The notes: generated by a model not told the origin, from the sequence alone. 36,445 nt of DNA from a virus (IMGVR_UViG_3300034062_007625:1-36445), one strand, 5' to 3'; numbered from the stretch's first letter, positions 1-10,200 are shown. Program-made: numbers and translations.

Positions 1-465
1 CACGACGCAATTATTACGGTTATTGATGAATTTCCAGAAACTTTTGATGCGCTCGGATGGGACAACTTTCAATTAGCGGCAATGGATGAACAGGTCGCTT
101 ACCTCAACGAAGCAGACTCAACACCTTCGGGGTTCATTCCACCGGTAATGACCTCCTACCCTGAAGACTCCCCTGCCCCTACAACGGAATCAATTAAGAA
201 TGGGTCTTCCGGTGGCGGTGACGCTGTTCCGATTGAAGCCCCTTCGACCATGAACACCCACGAAGCAGTCACAAGGGGAGCGTCTAGCGTTGGCGCTGCT
301 GGGGCAACAGCGATTGTTCAGTACATGCTCGTTTTTGACGATGCAGCCCAACAACGGAAATGGTATGACTTCCTGCGCTGGCTGCGCTCCGATCCCGGAA
401 CCGATGGAGAAACAACCGCAGAAAGACTTCTCCATTTCCTTGACTCCCATGCGAATTACCGATGA
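1..465 (+). CDS. 5'-truncated protein, probably the C-terminal part of a ParB-like phage protein
   Basis: The frame of ORF 82..465 is open back to base 1 (HDAIITVIDEFPETFDALGWDNFQLAAM...). The ParB-like call rests on the LGWD segment and the neighbouring genes; the domain itself would lie outside the window. Confidence 0.5.
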   Translation, partial: HDAIITVIDEFPETFDALGWDNFQLAAMDEQVAYLNEADSTPSGFIPPVMTSYPEDSPAPTTESIKNGSSGGGDAVPIEAPSTMNTHEAVTRGASSVGAAGATAIVQYMLVFDDAAQQRKWYDFLRWLRSDPGTDGETTAERLLHFLDSHANYR

Positions 466-749
466 GAGAAAAAATCACCGCCGCAGAAGCAATCAGAACT
501 CTGAGAACGGCTGACGCTTCATCACTTTTTTATTACTCGCAACACATCGCAGAAGTTGTCGAAACTCTTCTATATAAAGCAGATTTACTTGCTTCTCTTT
601 TAAGAAGTTTGGATGATCTGGAAACCTCAGAAATGGGTCAGCCCTTATCGGCTATTCGGATTTCCGCAAAGGTTCAGAATGAAACCCTTCACGGCCTTTT
701 GAAGGAAATTGCTGCAATCCAACTTGACTCAACTGACTCTCCTTTCTAG
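462..749 (+). CDS. hypothetical protein
   Basis: 95-aa ORF with ATGA overlap on the upstream stop; fills the gap before the next gene. Confidence 0.65.
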   Translation: MREKITAAEAIRTLRTADASSLFYYSQHIAEVVETLLYKADLLASLLRSLDDLETSEMGQPLSAIRISAKVQNETLHGLLKEIAAIQLDSTDSPF

Positions 750-760
750 AAAGGGAAATA

Positions 761-1924
761 ATGACCCGCCAAAGAATGTTCCTAGATATTTCGTGTGTGG
801 ATGCGGCTCGCGAAAGAATGCGTCACGTCTATGACACTTTCGACACCGTTTGTGTTCAATTCTCTGGCGGGAAAGACTCCACTGCCGTTCTTTACCTAGC
901 AAAAGAAATTCACGAAGAACGAGGACTCGGACCCGTAAAAGTCATTTTCCGAGACGAGGAAATGGTTTCCCCTGCTGTCGTTCGCTTCATGGAAGAGGTC
1001 AGAAATTACGACTGGGTGGACATGGAATGGTACTGCTTGCCTTCCGGTGGCGAAATTTGGGTTTTGGGCAGGCGAGAATACGTTTTGCTTTGGTCGGAAA
1101 AAAGAGCAAAAAAGGGGCGCCTTGTTCGAGACATTCCCCCTTGGGCAATTCGCGCAGAACATTTTGGGCTCCCGTCCAATCAAACGATTCCCCAGTCTGT
1201 TGACTATTACACGATGCAAGGTAAAAAGGGGAGAACTGCTTTCATTACGGGTGTGCGAGCGAATGAGTCAATGATTCGTTACCGCTCGTGTGTGCAAAAA
1301 CTTCACGAAAATTACATTGTGGTTCCCTACCGAATGAAAAAATCAATTCCCCTCCGTTTCGCAAAAGTGATTTACGACTGGACCACGGACGACGTCTTCA
1401 AATTCGTCATTGAAGAGCATGGCGGAAAATTTTGCGAATACTACGATTTGGCTGCAATGACAGGTTCTAATACTCGTGTTGGAATTCCTTTGCATTCCGT
1501 GGCGATTCGTAGAATTGGTGATGTCGTTGCGACTGAGCCAGAATTTTACGATCGGCTTGTTGAGTGCTTTCCTCAGATTGATGCCCAACGGCGCTGGTGG
1601 CCGGAATTCGATATTGAGACTTTGATTGCTTCTTATGCTGATGAGGGCTGGCAAGGTGTTCAAAACTGTATTGATGACAACATGCTCACTCCCGGAATTA
1701 AGAGAAGGGCTATGTCATTTTCGGCAGAGTTTAGAACCAAGCACAAAAAAGATCCTTTCTCTTATCCCATTGAATGGCTGATTAGGAATCTTTTGCTCAA
1801 CGAATTCAATTTGTCTTCCGTGACCCCTGTTGGTCCGAAAACTAGAGCGCATGCCATGCGCATGGCTGCTGCTCAGGCTGAAGCAGATGCAAACTCACTA
1901 GACGCACTCGATGATTACCGATAA
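761..1924 (+). CDS. PAPS reductase family protein (PP-loop; IbrA/YbdN-like)
   Basis: FSGGKDS PP-loop, FRDEE, GVRANES..R and IYDWTTDDVF motifs; purine-rich RBS upstream; followed by a ParB-like gene. Confidence 0.88.
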   Translation: MTRQRMFLDISCVDAARERMRHVYDTFDTVCVQFSGGKDSTAVLYLAKEIHEERGLGPVKVIFRDEEMVSPAVVRFMEEVRNYDWVDMEWYCLPSGGEIWVLGRREYVLLWSEKRAKKGRLVRDIPPWAIRAEHFGLPSNQTIPQSVDYYTMQGKKGRTAFITGVRANESMIRYRSCVQKLHENYIVVPYRMKKSIPLRFAKVIYDWTTDDVFKFVIEEHGGKFCEYYDLAAMTGSNTRVGIPLHSVAIRRIGDVVATEPEFYDRLVECFPQIDAQRRWWPEFDIETLIASYADEGWQGVQNCIDDNMLTPGIKRRAMSFSAEFRTKHKKDPFSYPIEWLIRNLLLNEFNLSSVTPVGPKTRAHAMRMAAAQAEADANSLDALDDYR

Positions 1925-1932
1925 GGACAAAA

Positions 1933-2484
1933 ATGTTTAACTTTGAAACTGTTTCCGGTGGAATTTTGCGACCAGCCACTTGGCGCTCCACTTACATTTT
2001 GAAAACCGATCAAAAGGTTTTGAGTGAGTCATTACGAAAGTACGGTTGGGTTTCCCCAATTATTGCTTCTGTCAATGGCAATGTCATCATTGATGGACAT
2101 GAGCGTTGGCTCATCGCTGCCGACGATCCGGAAATTGTTAAAAGGGACAAAGGTTTAGTGCCCGTGACGTGGGTTGATTGCGATGACATTGAAGCAATGA
2201 TTATGCATGTGCGCTTAAATCGTGGGCGTGGACAACTTTATGCCAAGAGTCTCAGTTCTTTGTTGAAGAAGATTGTTCGATCGCGTGCTTACGATCAGCG
2301 AACTTTGGGTCGCATGCTGGGCATGAGCAATGATGAAGTTGACCTTCTTTTTGATGGCGGTCTTTTGAAAAGCCGAAAAGTCAAAGATCATGTGTACTCC
2401 AAGGCTTGGATCCCAATTGAGGCTCCAGCCGGTACGACTTCTGCAACGATTAACATCGAGCGGCCACCTAACGCCGATCGTTGA
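1933..2484 (+). CDS. ParB/Srx-like domain protein (IbrB/YbdM-like)
   Basis: SLRKYGWVSPII, IIDGHERW and HVRLNRGRG motifs, then an HTH-like LGRMLGMSNDEV; AAGGA RBS. Confidence 0.88.
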   Translation: MFNFETVSGGILRPATWRSTYILKTDQKVLSESLRKYGWVSPIIASVNGNVIIDGHERWLIAADDPEIVKRDKGLVPVTWVDCDDIEAMIMHVRLNRGRGQLYAKSLSSLLKKIVRSRAYDQRTLGRMLGMSNDEVDLLFDGGLLKSRKVKDHVYSKAWIPIEAPAGTTSATINIERPPNADR

Positions 2485-2553
2485 ATGTTGGGCTAATTCT
2501 TCTAGGCCTATGGTAACTTCTGAATAGAACGTTTGTTTTTTTGGAGGTTTTCG

Positions 2554-2730
2554 ATGGTCGTCCCTACAGTGCTTCCCGATGAAGAACTTGAGGAGGAGGA
2601 GCGCGAGGAAGAGGTTGAGCCCGAAGAGGGCGGGCGTAGGCGAGCGAATTGGCTTCGCCGTTTAGCCGCACGCGGAATTCGTGCAGGCACTCGGGCTGCT
2701 CGGCGGCGACGCGCTAGGCGCAGTTCGTAA
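2554..2730 (+). CDS. small protein with an acidic N-half and an Arg-rich C-half (58 aa)
   Basis: GGAGG at 2543-2547 before ATG 2554; TGgTAACTT -10-like box at 2511-2519; fills the intergenic gap. Confidence 0.7.
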   Translation: MVVPTVLPDEELEEEEREEEVEPEEGGRRRANWLRRLAARGIRAGTRAARRRRARRSS

Positions 2731-2752
2731 TCGATTGATCGGACTGTAAATA

Positions 2753-3376
2753 ATGTTGGTTTCGGTAGAAGATTTGGCGACCTACATGGACGTCAAGTTC
2801 ACCAATCGTCAGATTCGTGCGGTTGAAATGATTCTGCAAGGACTTCACTCTGAGTTGGAGTCCAATCTTCGCCGTCCCATTGAGGTCAATGCGTACACGG
2901 AAAGCCACATGATCCCTTCCGACTTCGGATCATTCCCAGTTTCGGCGCATCTGTACGACTTCACAATGGACACAACGGGCAATCCTCCGAATTACGTTCG
3001 GCCTGCAGTGACCATCTACATGAGAAACTCTCCGGTTATTAACGTTGACTCAGTTGCGGTTTATCCGCCCACCGGTGGCGCTTCAGCGGGTTTGGTCAAT
3101 GGAACCGATTACATTGTTCAGCGATATGGAATTGATCTATATCGAGCGCTTTCAAACGACAGGGTGGAAGTCACCTATACTGCTGGACTGGATGGCGAAG
3201 CGATTCCCCATTTGAAGTTGTTGATTTTGAGGGCCGCCACCCGAGAAGCGCAAAACATGCATGACGATGTAGTCGGCCTCAAGGATTTAGAAACACGGAA
3301 CGTGGCTCCGTTGACTACGGGATTCACCGAGGAAGAGGTGCGTTCGGTTCGACGCTGGCGACGAATCAGGATCTGA
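2753..3376 (+). CDS. head-tail adaptor/connector protein
   Basis: N-terminal LVSVEDLATYM, VEVTYTAG motif, basic C-terminus; first gene of the neck/tail block. Confidence 0.72.
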   Translation: MLVSVEDLATYMDVKFTNRQIRAVEMILQGLHSELESNLRRPIEVNAYTESHMIPSDFGSFPVSAHLYDFTMDTTGNPPNYVRPAVTIYMRNSPVINVDSVAVYPPTGGASAGLVNGTDYIVQRYGIDLYRALSNDRVEVTYTAGLDGEAIPHLKLLILRAATREAQNMHDDVVGLKDLETRNVAPLTTGFTEEEVRSVRRWRRIRI

Positions 3377-3377
3377 C

Positions 3378-3809
3378 ATGGCCAGAATTAAGATTGATGT
3401 CGACTCGGCTAGAGTTCGTCAAGAACTGCGCAAAATGGAGTTGCGCTCAAAGGCTTTTCAGCCGCTTTTCGAATACGCTCGGCAAAGATTGGCTCTTGCT
3501 AATGCGGAAAACTTCACGACTGGCGGCTTGCCGGTTGGTGGGTGGAACCCTCGCGACGAGGCTGAGCGCTGGCCAATTATGCGTTCAAGTGGACGGCTTT
3601 TTCGCTCTCTTACGACCTTGCGCGGCAACCCAAATGAAATTAATGCCACAAATGCAACTTTTGGCACAAAACTAGACTACGCAAAGTTCCATCAGTATGG
3701 AACAAGTGAAATGGAACCCCGAAAAATCGTCTTTGAGCCACGCGGGTTTGCAAGCGACTTAGGGAAAAAGGCTGCCGCTTGGGTCGCTAACGGGATCTCA
3801 CCGACATGA
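3378..3809 (+). CDS. phage virion morphogenesis protein (Mu gpG / HK97 gp10-like)
   Basis: SGRLFRSL and FGTKLDYAKFHQYGT..MEPR motifs. Confidence 0.78.
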   Translation: MARIKIDVDSARVRQELRKMELRSKAFQPLFEYARQRLALANAENFTTGGLPVGGWNPRDEAERWPIMRSSGRLFRSLTTLRGNPNEINATNATFGTKLDYAKFHQYGTSEMEPRKIVFEPRGFASDLGKKAAAWVANGISPT

Positions 3810-4390
3810 TGCAGGGATCCGCAGCAGCGAAACGGCTTGTAAATAATTATCTTGCCCATGACCTCCCGGAAAGGCTTACAACTTACCGGAATCACTGGCA
3901 CCTTGACGAAGATTCTCTCCCTGATCCGCTTTTGTACTTGACGTACGAGCCGGTGGCTCTTGATACTTGGCCGACGATTATTACGGTGGCTATTTCCACG
4001 CCACAAATCGGTCGCGTGGATTACGACAGTTCTTTAAATCCCGAATATCACGTTCGCTACACAATGAGAACATACGTTTGGGTGAAGGCGGACGGTTCCG
4101 AATACTGCACCGAAATTCGTGACAATATTACAACGGTTTTACGTTCGGCACTTTTGGATCATGCCAGTTTGCGCACCGCTGATTACACCGACTGTGGGGC
4201 AAGGGTTGAGGAAAGCAATTTGCGGGAAGAATTCTCTGATCTGACCTTAATCAAAGGTGATCGAGTTATGGCTGGCGCCTATATCGGTTACGACTTAACT
4301 TTGACAGAACACATCACTAGGCGCAATGTTGGAGAATTGGGATCCGTTGAAATCGAAACGGAAATTTTAGAAGATCCACTTTCTTGGTAG
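3806..4390 (+). CDS. putative tail completion/terminator protein
   Basis: 194 aa, directly upstream of the sheath gene, ATGA overlap; function inferred from gene order only. Confidence 0.55.
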   Translation: MMQGSAAAKRLVNNYLAHDLPERLTTYRNHWHLDEDSLPDPLLYLTYEPVALDTWPTIITVAISTPQIGRVDYDSSLNPEYHVRYTMRTYVWVKADGSEYCTEIRDNITTVLRSALLDHASLRTADYTDCGARVEESNLREEFSDLTLIKGDRVMAGAYIGYDLTLTEHITRRNVGELGSVEIETEILEDPLSW

Positions 4391-4442
4391 CCGTTGCAGA
4401 AAAACCCTCATTTGGCCCTGTACTATCCAATTAGTTTTAAAC

Positions 4443-4485
4443 CAGCAATTCATTACACCGAACAGCAATTCGGATGTAGTAATCT
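4443..4485 (+). promoter_or_regulatory. putative sheath promoter with direct repeats
   Basis: CAGCAATTC at 4443-4451 and 4463-4471; TAATCT at 4480-4485; GGAGG RBS before ATG 4516. Confidence 0.45.
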
Positions 4486-4515
4486 TGGCATAGATCCACA
4501 AATGGAGGAGCGCCC

Positions 4516-5958
4516 ATGCCCGGCGTAGTTGTAACAACCGCAGTTCGAACCGGACCATCAACGGCGAACACTGCACCAGCGTCTACTTTTTTTGTAGCAG
4601 GCACCGCCGAGCGTGGGCCGATTGACGAGGCTCGCCTTGTTACCAGTCTCCTTGACTTTGAGGCAATTTACGGTGACTACGAAGCATCCAAAACTCTTTA
4701 TCAGCAGGTTCAAACCTATTTTGAAGAGGGTGGCGCTCGCGCCTACGTGAGCCGTGCGGTTGGTGCAAGCGTTGCTCCCACTTCAGGCTTCCTTGTTGTG
4801 GAGAGCGCTCTTCGGATCGACGCCGCAACACCCGGCTCATGGTCGACAGAACTTGAAGTTGAGATTGTGGCAAATGCTGCGTTGAAGTTTGCAGTTCGAC
4901 TGATCCTGAAAGACGAATTGGTCTACACGAGCGGTTTCGTGGCAACCGTGGACGACGCTGTTGCTGCAATTAACGGCTCCAGCGTGGCGGCTTTCTTTGT
5001 AACGGCATCCACGGAGACTGGTGAAGGCGAAACGGTTCTCACTGACAGTGGCCCAACTGCCCTCTCGGCTGGTTCAACGTCAGTTCCAACAGAAGCCGAA
5101 CTTGTCGATGCCCTTGAGTTGTTTGACAATGCTTTGGGTGCTGGCGCTGTCGCCATTCCCGGCTATTCGTCTTCAACGATCTGGGATGGCCTTATCGATC
5201 ACGCTCAGGCGAACAACCGGATTGCGGTTCTTGGTTTCGCTTCAGGTGATACGGCAAGCGATGCCATCGACACTGTTGAGGGTTACGTGACCGAGAACGG
5301 TGAGTACGCTGCGTACTACTTCCCGCATGTCACGATTCCGGGTCCGGGCGGAACTTCATTGACGGTTTCCCCCGAGGCTTACGCTGCCGCTAAGCGCTCC
5401 ATTGCCCATAACACTGTTGGGCCGTGGCAGCCGGGTGCAGGGCTTCCCTCCCGGGCACGTTTCGTCACTGGTCTTGCAACTTCGGTTCCCAAGACGACCG
5501 GTGAAGAACTTGACGATGCACGAATCAATGCGATTCGGATCATTCAGGGTTCTGTCCGCATCTACGGTGCCCGTTCCGGGTCTGATGACGAAACCAACTT
5601 CCGGTACATTACGACTCGTGACACGCTGAACTACATCGTGTCGCAGGCTGAGCAGCGTCTTGAGGACCTTGTGTTCTCTCCGATTGATGGGCGTCGCAGC
5701 GTTTTCGGGCAGGTGGAAGCACGGCTTATTGCTCTGCTTGATCCGCTTCGCACCTCCGGCGGCCTGTTTGAGGCTTTCGACACTGAGGGCAACCGTCTTG
5801 ACGCCGGGTACTCAGTTGAGGTTTCTGACGCTCTGAACCCGCTGAGCCAGTTGGCCAACGGTGTGATTCGGGCCAAGGTCGGCGTAAGGGTATCGAGTGT
5901 TTCCGATCGCATTGAGATCGAAATTGTCAAGTCCAATCTCACGAGTTCAGTTGTCTGA
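4516..5958 (+). CDS. contractile tail sheath protein
   Basis: MPGVVV N-terminus, GTAERGP, YFEEGG, YYFPHV, INAIR, YGARS and LVFSPID sheath motifs. Confidence 0.93.
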   Translation: MPGVVVTTAVRTGPSTANTAPASTFFVAGTAERGPIDEARLVTSLLDFEAIYGDYEASKTLYQQVQTYFEEGGARAYVSRAVGASVAPTSGFLVVESALRIDAATPGSWSTELEVEIVANAALKFAVRLILKDELVYTSGFVATVDDAVAAINGSSVAAFFVTASTETGEGETVLTDSGPTALSAGSTSVPTEAELVDALELFDNALGAGAVAIPGYSSSTIWDGLIDHAQANNRIAVLGFASGDTASDAIDTVEGYVTENGEYAAYYFPHVTIPGPGGTSLTVSPEAYAAAKRSIAHNTVGPWQPGAGLPSRARFVTGLATSVPKTTGEELDDARINAIRIIQGSVRIYGARSGSDDETNFRYITTRDTLNYIVSQAEQRLEDLVFSPIDGRRSVFGQVEARLIALLDPLRTSGGLFEAFDTEGNRLDAGYSVEVSDALNPLSQLANGVIRAKVGVRVSSVSDRIEIEIVKSNLTSSVV

Positions 5959-5969
5959 GCGGAGGAATA

Positions 5970-6437
5970 ATGTCAAGCAATAAACTTGCACAGCGGCAGA
6001 TTGTCGCCAGCATCAAGCCTCTTGTTGCTGGTGGCACTTCTGGCCCCGAGTTTCCCGGGTATTTTGCTCAGGTTTCGGGTGGAGAGATCACCGCGAGTGT
6101 TGAGAAGGTGTACGACGGGGGTTCCACTTTCCCTGAGGTTCTGTGTGCACCGCCCGAGATTGGGGACATCACGCTTACCCGCCATTTCGACCGTGGTGAT
6201 GCTCGCCGTGACCACGAGTCTCTGAAGTTGGTGCGTCAGGGTGTTGGGCGTCTCCGCTACGACGTTACGGTCTTTTCACTTAACTGCGATTTGGTTGAGT
6301 TTGGGACTGAGCGTTCCTACGCCCAAGCCCTTCTGGTGGGCGTGTCCGAGCCTGAGGGCGATTCGTCGTCTGGGGCGCCAGCAACTTTTTCGCTGACGTT
6401 CTCAATTTCTCAGGTTTCGGGCCAGACCCAAGCCTAA
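5970..6437 (+). CDS. tail tube protein
   Basis: 155 aa right after the sheath; FAQVSGGE and GDITLTR resemble gp19-like tube motifs; GGAGG RBS. Confidence 0.82.
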   Translation: MSSNKLAQRQIVASIKPLVAGGTSGPEFPGYFAQVSGGEITASVEKVYDGGSTFPEVLCAPPEIGDITLTRHFDRGDARRDHESLKLVRQGVGRLRYDVTVFSLNCDLVEFGTERSYAQALLVGVSEPEGDSSSGAPATFSLTFSISQVSGQTQA

Positions 6438-6450
6438 TTTACAAACATTT

Positions 6451-6483
6451 GACAAAAGGGCGTTTTTTTAACGTCCTTTTGTC
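6451..6483 (+). terminator. hairpin, probable intrinsic terminator after the tube gene
   Basis: GACAAAAGGGCGTT / AACGTCCTTTTGTC 14-bp inverted repeat (one G-T pair) with a 5-nt T loop. Confidence 0.65.
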
Positions 6484-6518
6484 GCGTTTGGGCACTCGTT
6501 GGTGCTAAGTTGGCGGGC

Positions 6519-7058
6519 ATGAGCGACACTTACGATTTCAGCACAACTTCAGAATTGAACACTGAGACGTCCAAGGACGCTTCAGGCGGGAAGGCAAAGA
6601 AGGACGAAACTGAGGTTAGTGTCCTTGACCGTCTTCGTGAGCAACTTGCGAAGAAGGTGGAGCGGCCACGCATCCTTATTGAAGTTCCTGAGCGTCCGGG
6701 TCTTGCTATTGAGGTGAGCCCCAACATCACGCAGCATCAGATGCGGGCGTGGCGCAAGAATGCCGGTGAAGGCACAAAGCCCGGTTTTGATCCGACGAAG
6801 TTTGCTTGTTATGTCATTGGTCATACCACGACTGGTATTTACATGGGCACTGAAGAGGTTTTGGCTGAGGCTGGCCATTCTCTTTCTTTTGCTTCGCAGG
6901 ACATTCTTGACATGACTGGAACGACTCGTCCTATCCCTGATTGCATTCAGGCGTTTTTTGGACTTGATCCGCACGTCGAAGCGGCAGCCCTTACGATTAT
7001 GGAGGCTGCCGGTTACGGTGATGATGTTGAGACGGTGGACCCTACGACGGAGTCGTAG
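6519..7058 (+). CDS. tail assembly chaperone (gpG-like)
   Basis: Lies between tube and tape measure; ATG 6519 is 7 nt after TGcTAAGTT (leaderless start); ends ...VDPTTES. Confidence 0.78.
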   Translation: MSDTYDFSTTSELNTETSKDASGGKAKKDETEVSVLDRLREQLAKKVERPRILIEVPERPGLAIEVSPNITQHQMRAWRKNAGEGTKPGFDPTKFACYVIGHTTTGIYMGTEEVLAEAGHSLSFASQDILDMTGTTRPIPDCIQAFFGLDPHVEAAALTIMEAAGYGDDVETVDPTTES

Positions 7059-7240
7059 ACGAATTAGTCGACGACGCTCGCATTAAGACCGCTGCTCGCC
7101 TTGGCGAGTTGTTTGGCACTGACCCTTTGGTCATTTTGGATTGTTCTGATGATGACTGGCTGATTCGTTTGGCCTGCGCTCAGGTGATTAATCGGGACCG
7201 TAAAGCCCAGCAGGAAGAGATGGAGCGTCGCAGGGGCTGA
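7031..7240 (+). CDS. -1 frame extension of the tail chaperone (gpGT-like)
   Basis: The -1 frame is open 7031-7240 (GPYDGVVDELVDDARIKTAARLGELFGTDPL...EEMERRRG), overlaps the chaperone 3' end and has no early ATG; candidate slip site GGACCCT at 7037-7043. Confidence 0.72.
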   Translation, partial: DGGPYDGVVDELVDDARIKTAARLGELFGTDPLVILDCSDDDWLIRLACAQVINRDRKAQQEEMERRRG

Positions 7241-7284
7241 TTCTTCCCTGCTGACGGCGAAATAAGTGGCAACATAGGATCATC

Positions 7285-10200
7285 ATGGATGAGCGCGTTG
7301 TCATACGTATTGAGGTAAATGCTGACACGAGTGCCATTGATCGTGTTCAGGCAAAGTTGGCTGCTTTGTCGTCTCAGGCAAAACTTGCTGACGGCAATTT
7401 GGGTGGGGCGTCCGACAAGTTAACTGATCTTTCTGGCGCCAGCACTGACGCTTCTCGGTCGACTGATAAGTTAAGTAAGTCGATGAGGGGGGCGAATCGG
7501 GATTCTGACCGCCTGTCCAAAAAAGTGAATCAGACAAGCCGAATGTTTGAGATGCATCGCAAAGTTGTGGGCGGTGTCACTTCGATGCTTTCAAAGGGTT
7601 TGAAGTTTGCTCTTTTGGGCACGGTACTTGAGTTTGGTTTGATGGCGGCTGCCCTTTCTTCAGTTAACGGCCTTTTGGCTGTTGGAAGAGCAACCATGAA
7701 GGCTTTTAACTGGATGATGTCCGGTACGGCGGCGTTGGCTGCAGCGGCGACGGCTGCGCTTGCTACTGTTGCTGCTGCTCAACGTGAGTACAACGCTGCG
7801 ATGGTTCAGTTTCAGTATAAAAGTGCTCCGGGTTTGGGTAATGGTACTGCTCAGGCGATGTCCGCTATGCGGATGTTGACGTCTGATACGAAGTTGGCTT
7901 CTTTTGGGATGGAAGCACTTAATCAAACTTTTGCGTCGATTTCTAAAAACACTGAGGTTACGGCACCTTTGAAAGGGGCTCTGAAAGGGCTTGGCGATTT
8001 TGCTGTTGCTGCGGGTGGGGACATTGGGAAGAATTTGGCTGCGGCTGGCGAATTTTTAGGTTTGTTGCAGAAGGAAGGGAAACTTACTGCTGAGGTTGCT
8101 CAGGCTGCTGGGGCTGTTGGCCCGCAATTTCAGAAAGCAATTGAGAATGCCCAGAAAATGGGTTTGACTGGTGCTTCCGAGTTGATGAAAGCGTTTTCCT
8201 CTGGAACTTTTGCCGAAACTGCCGGGATCGCAGGTTCTTTGGATGCGGTTAACGACACGTTGATTGGTCGGGCTAAAGCGTTTTTTACTTCTGTGGTCAG
8301 CATGTTTGCTGATTTGGGTCAGGCGTTTTTACCTGATGTGAAAGTGGCGTTTGACAAACTAACCAGAATTTTTCGTGTAACTTTTGCCCGCATTTCTGGC
8401 GACATGCTTGCTTTCGATATGGGCAACATGATTCAGGACATTGTTGATGTTATTGGTAAGGCTGCAGATCTTTTCGCTGACCTTTTCGGAAAATATTTGC
8501 CTCAGTCCGAAGGGATGATGGGTGGGATCAAAACAGCGTTTAGGGAAGTCAAAAACTTTTTTGACGATTTCAAAAAATCACTTTTAGGTTTAAGTGATGC
8601 GGCTCGTGTTGTTACGGACACTTTCGGTCCGCCAATCATTGCGTTGTTTAAAGGTTTGGGTGACGGACTGAACTACACAGCGAACTTAGCCCTTGAAGAT
8701 CAAGATCAGTGGCGTGAATGGGGTGAGACGTTAACAAATGTTGTTGACTCCATTCTGAACTTGTTCGGTCAATTTAAAAACTTTATTAGTGCCAACTTGC
8801 CGATCATTAACGGATTGTTCAATGCTTTTGCCTCCATTATTGACGTGATCGCTAAAGGTTTGGAGGGCTTGGCCGCTATTTCGCGCGGCAACTCGGCATT
8901 AGGTGGACTTCTTGGTTTGGGTGCCGTTTTAGGTGTGGGGGGTGGTCTTAGTGCTTTAAATGCGAGGATGGGTCGTACGGGTAAAGATCGTGTCGGTGGC
9001 AGGTTGGGGCGTGGGGCGGCAACCCTTTTTGACACAACTAAAGCCGGAAAGGATCTTGCTGACGGGTTGAAAAGTAAAGCGGCAACCGTTTTGAACGGAA
9101 CTGAAACCAAATTTGACGAAACTGGAAACAAACCCTACCGCCGCTTTGGCAATAATGTGTTTGGAGGACCCACTCCCGGCGCTCCGGGAACAGACGCTGG
9201 TCAAACCATGCAAAACATGACGGTTCGCGCAACCACCGTTTATGTGAACGGACCTATTTCTGGTGGTGGCGGTAGGGGCAGAGGCGGAAAAGGCAATCCA
9301 AACCAACCTTCGCTTTTTTCTAGCGCAACCCAAATGCCTGCGTATGCCATTTCACAAACTTATGGTCCCGATTCGCCAGTGAAAGGCCCTTTCCAAGATG
9401 AACTTTTGATGACCGGCAATGTTGGTCGAAAAGGTTTAGGTGGGATGATGGGTCGAATTAAACCGATGGCTGGCCGTTACGGTCCGGGCATTGGTGCCCT
9501 TGGGGCGCAAGCGATGATGCTAACCAGCGGCAATGAGGCGGCTGCACCGTTCCAGATGGCTGGCGGCATGGTTTCAATGTATAACCCGCTGCTGGGTTTG
9601 GGTATTTCTGCGGCTGGTACTGCTTTGACTGCTGAAACCGCTGCCGGTGGTGCGATTTCTGGCGCTGCTGCGGGTGCAGCGATTGGAACAATGATCGCTC
9701 CCGGTGTCGGTACCGCTATTGGTGCTGCCGTCGGAACAATCAGTGGAGCCATTGCTGGCAGCATCAACAAGGGGAATCTTGTAGAGAGAGAAAATCGTGA
9801 ACGTGGCGTATCGAGCGGTATCTACGGGGCGGAGAGAACTGGCCGTCGACTGGGTTTATCAGGTTTGACCGGCCTTGAAAACCAATTGAAGCAAGAAAGA
9901 AATAACCTTAGGCGAGCCGAAGATGCAATGCGATCAATTTATGCTTCAACAACAATGGAGGAGGAGCGAGACCGTTACTATGAGCATTATGGGTTAGGCG
10001 ATGGGGCCGGAGAAAGCGCCTCGCAGCGCGTGAAAGATGCCGGTAGGGAGTTAATTATTCAAGATCGCATTGCTGCGGCAAAAGAATCGGGCCTATTGAC
10101 TGGAGCAGAAATTGAGGTTCTTGATTCGATTGCGGCAAATAATGTTGCGGCAGAGGATGCAATAAGAAACTATTTAGACGGTCTTGAAGAAACGGTTGAA

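Noticed and set aside
761-1924. cysH as an auxiliary sulfate assimilation gene
   Set aside because: Length, the ParB-like partner and the lack of the CysH C-terminal ECGLH motif fit the IbrA/YbdN group better.
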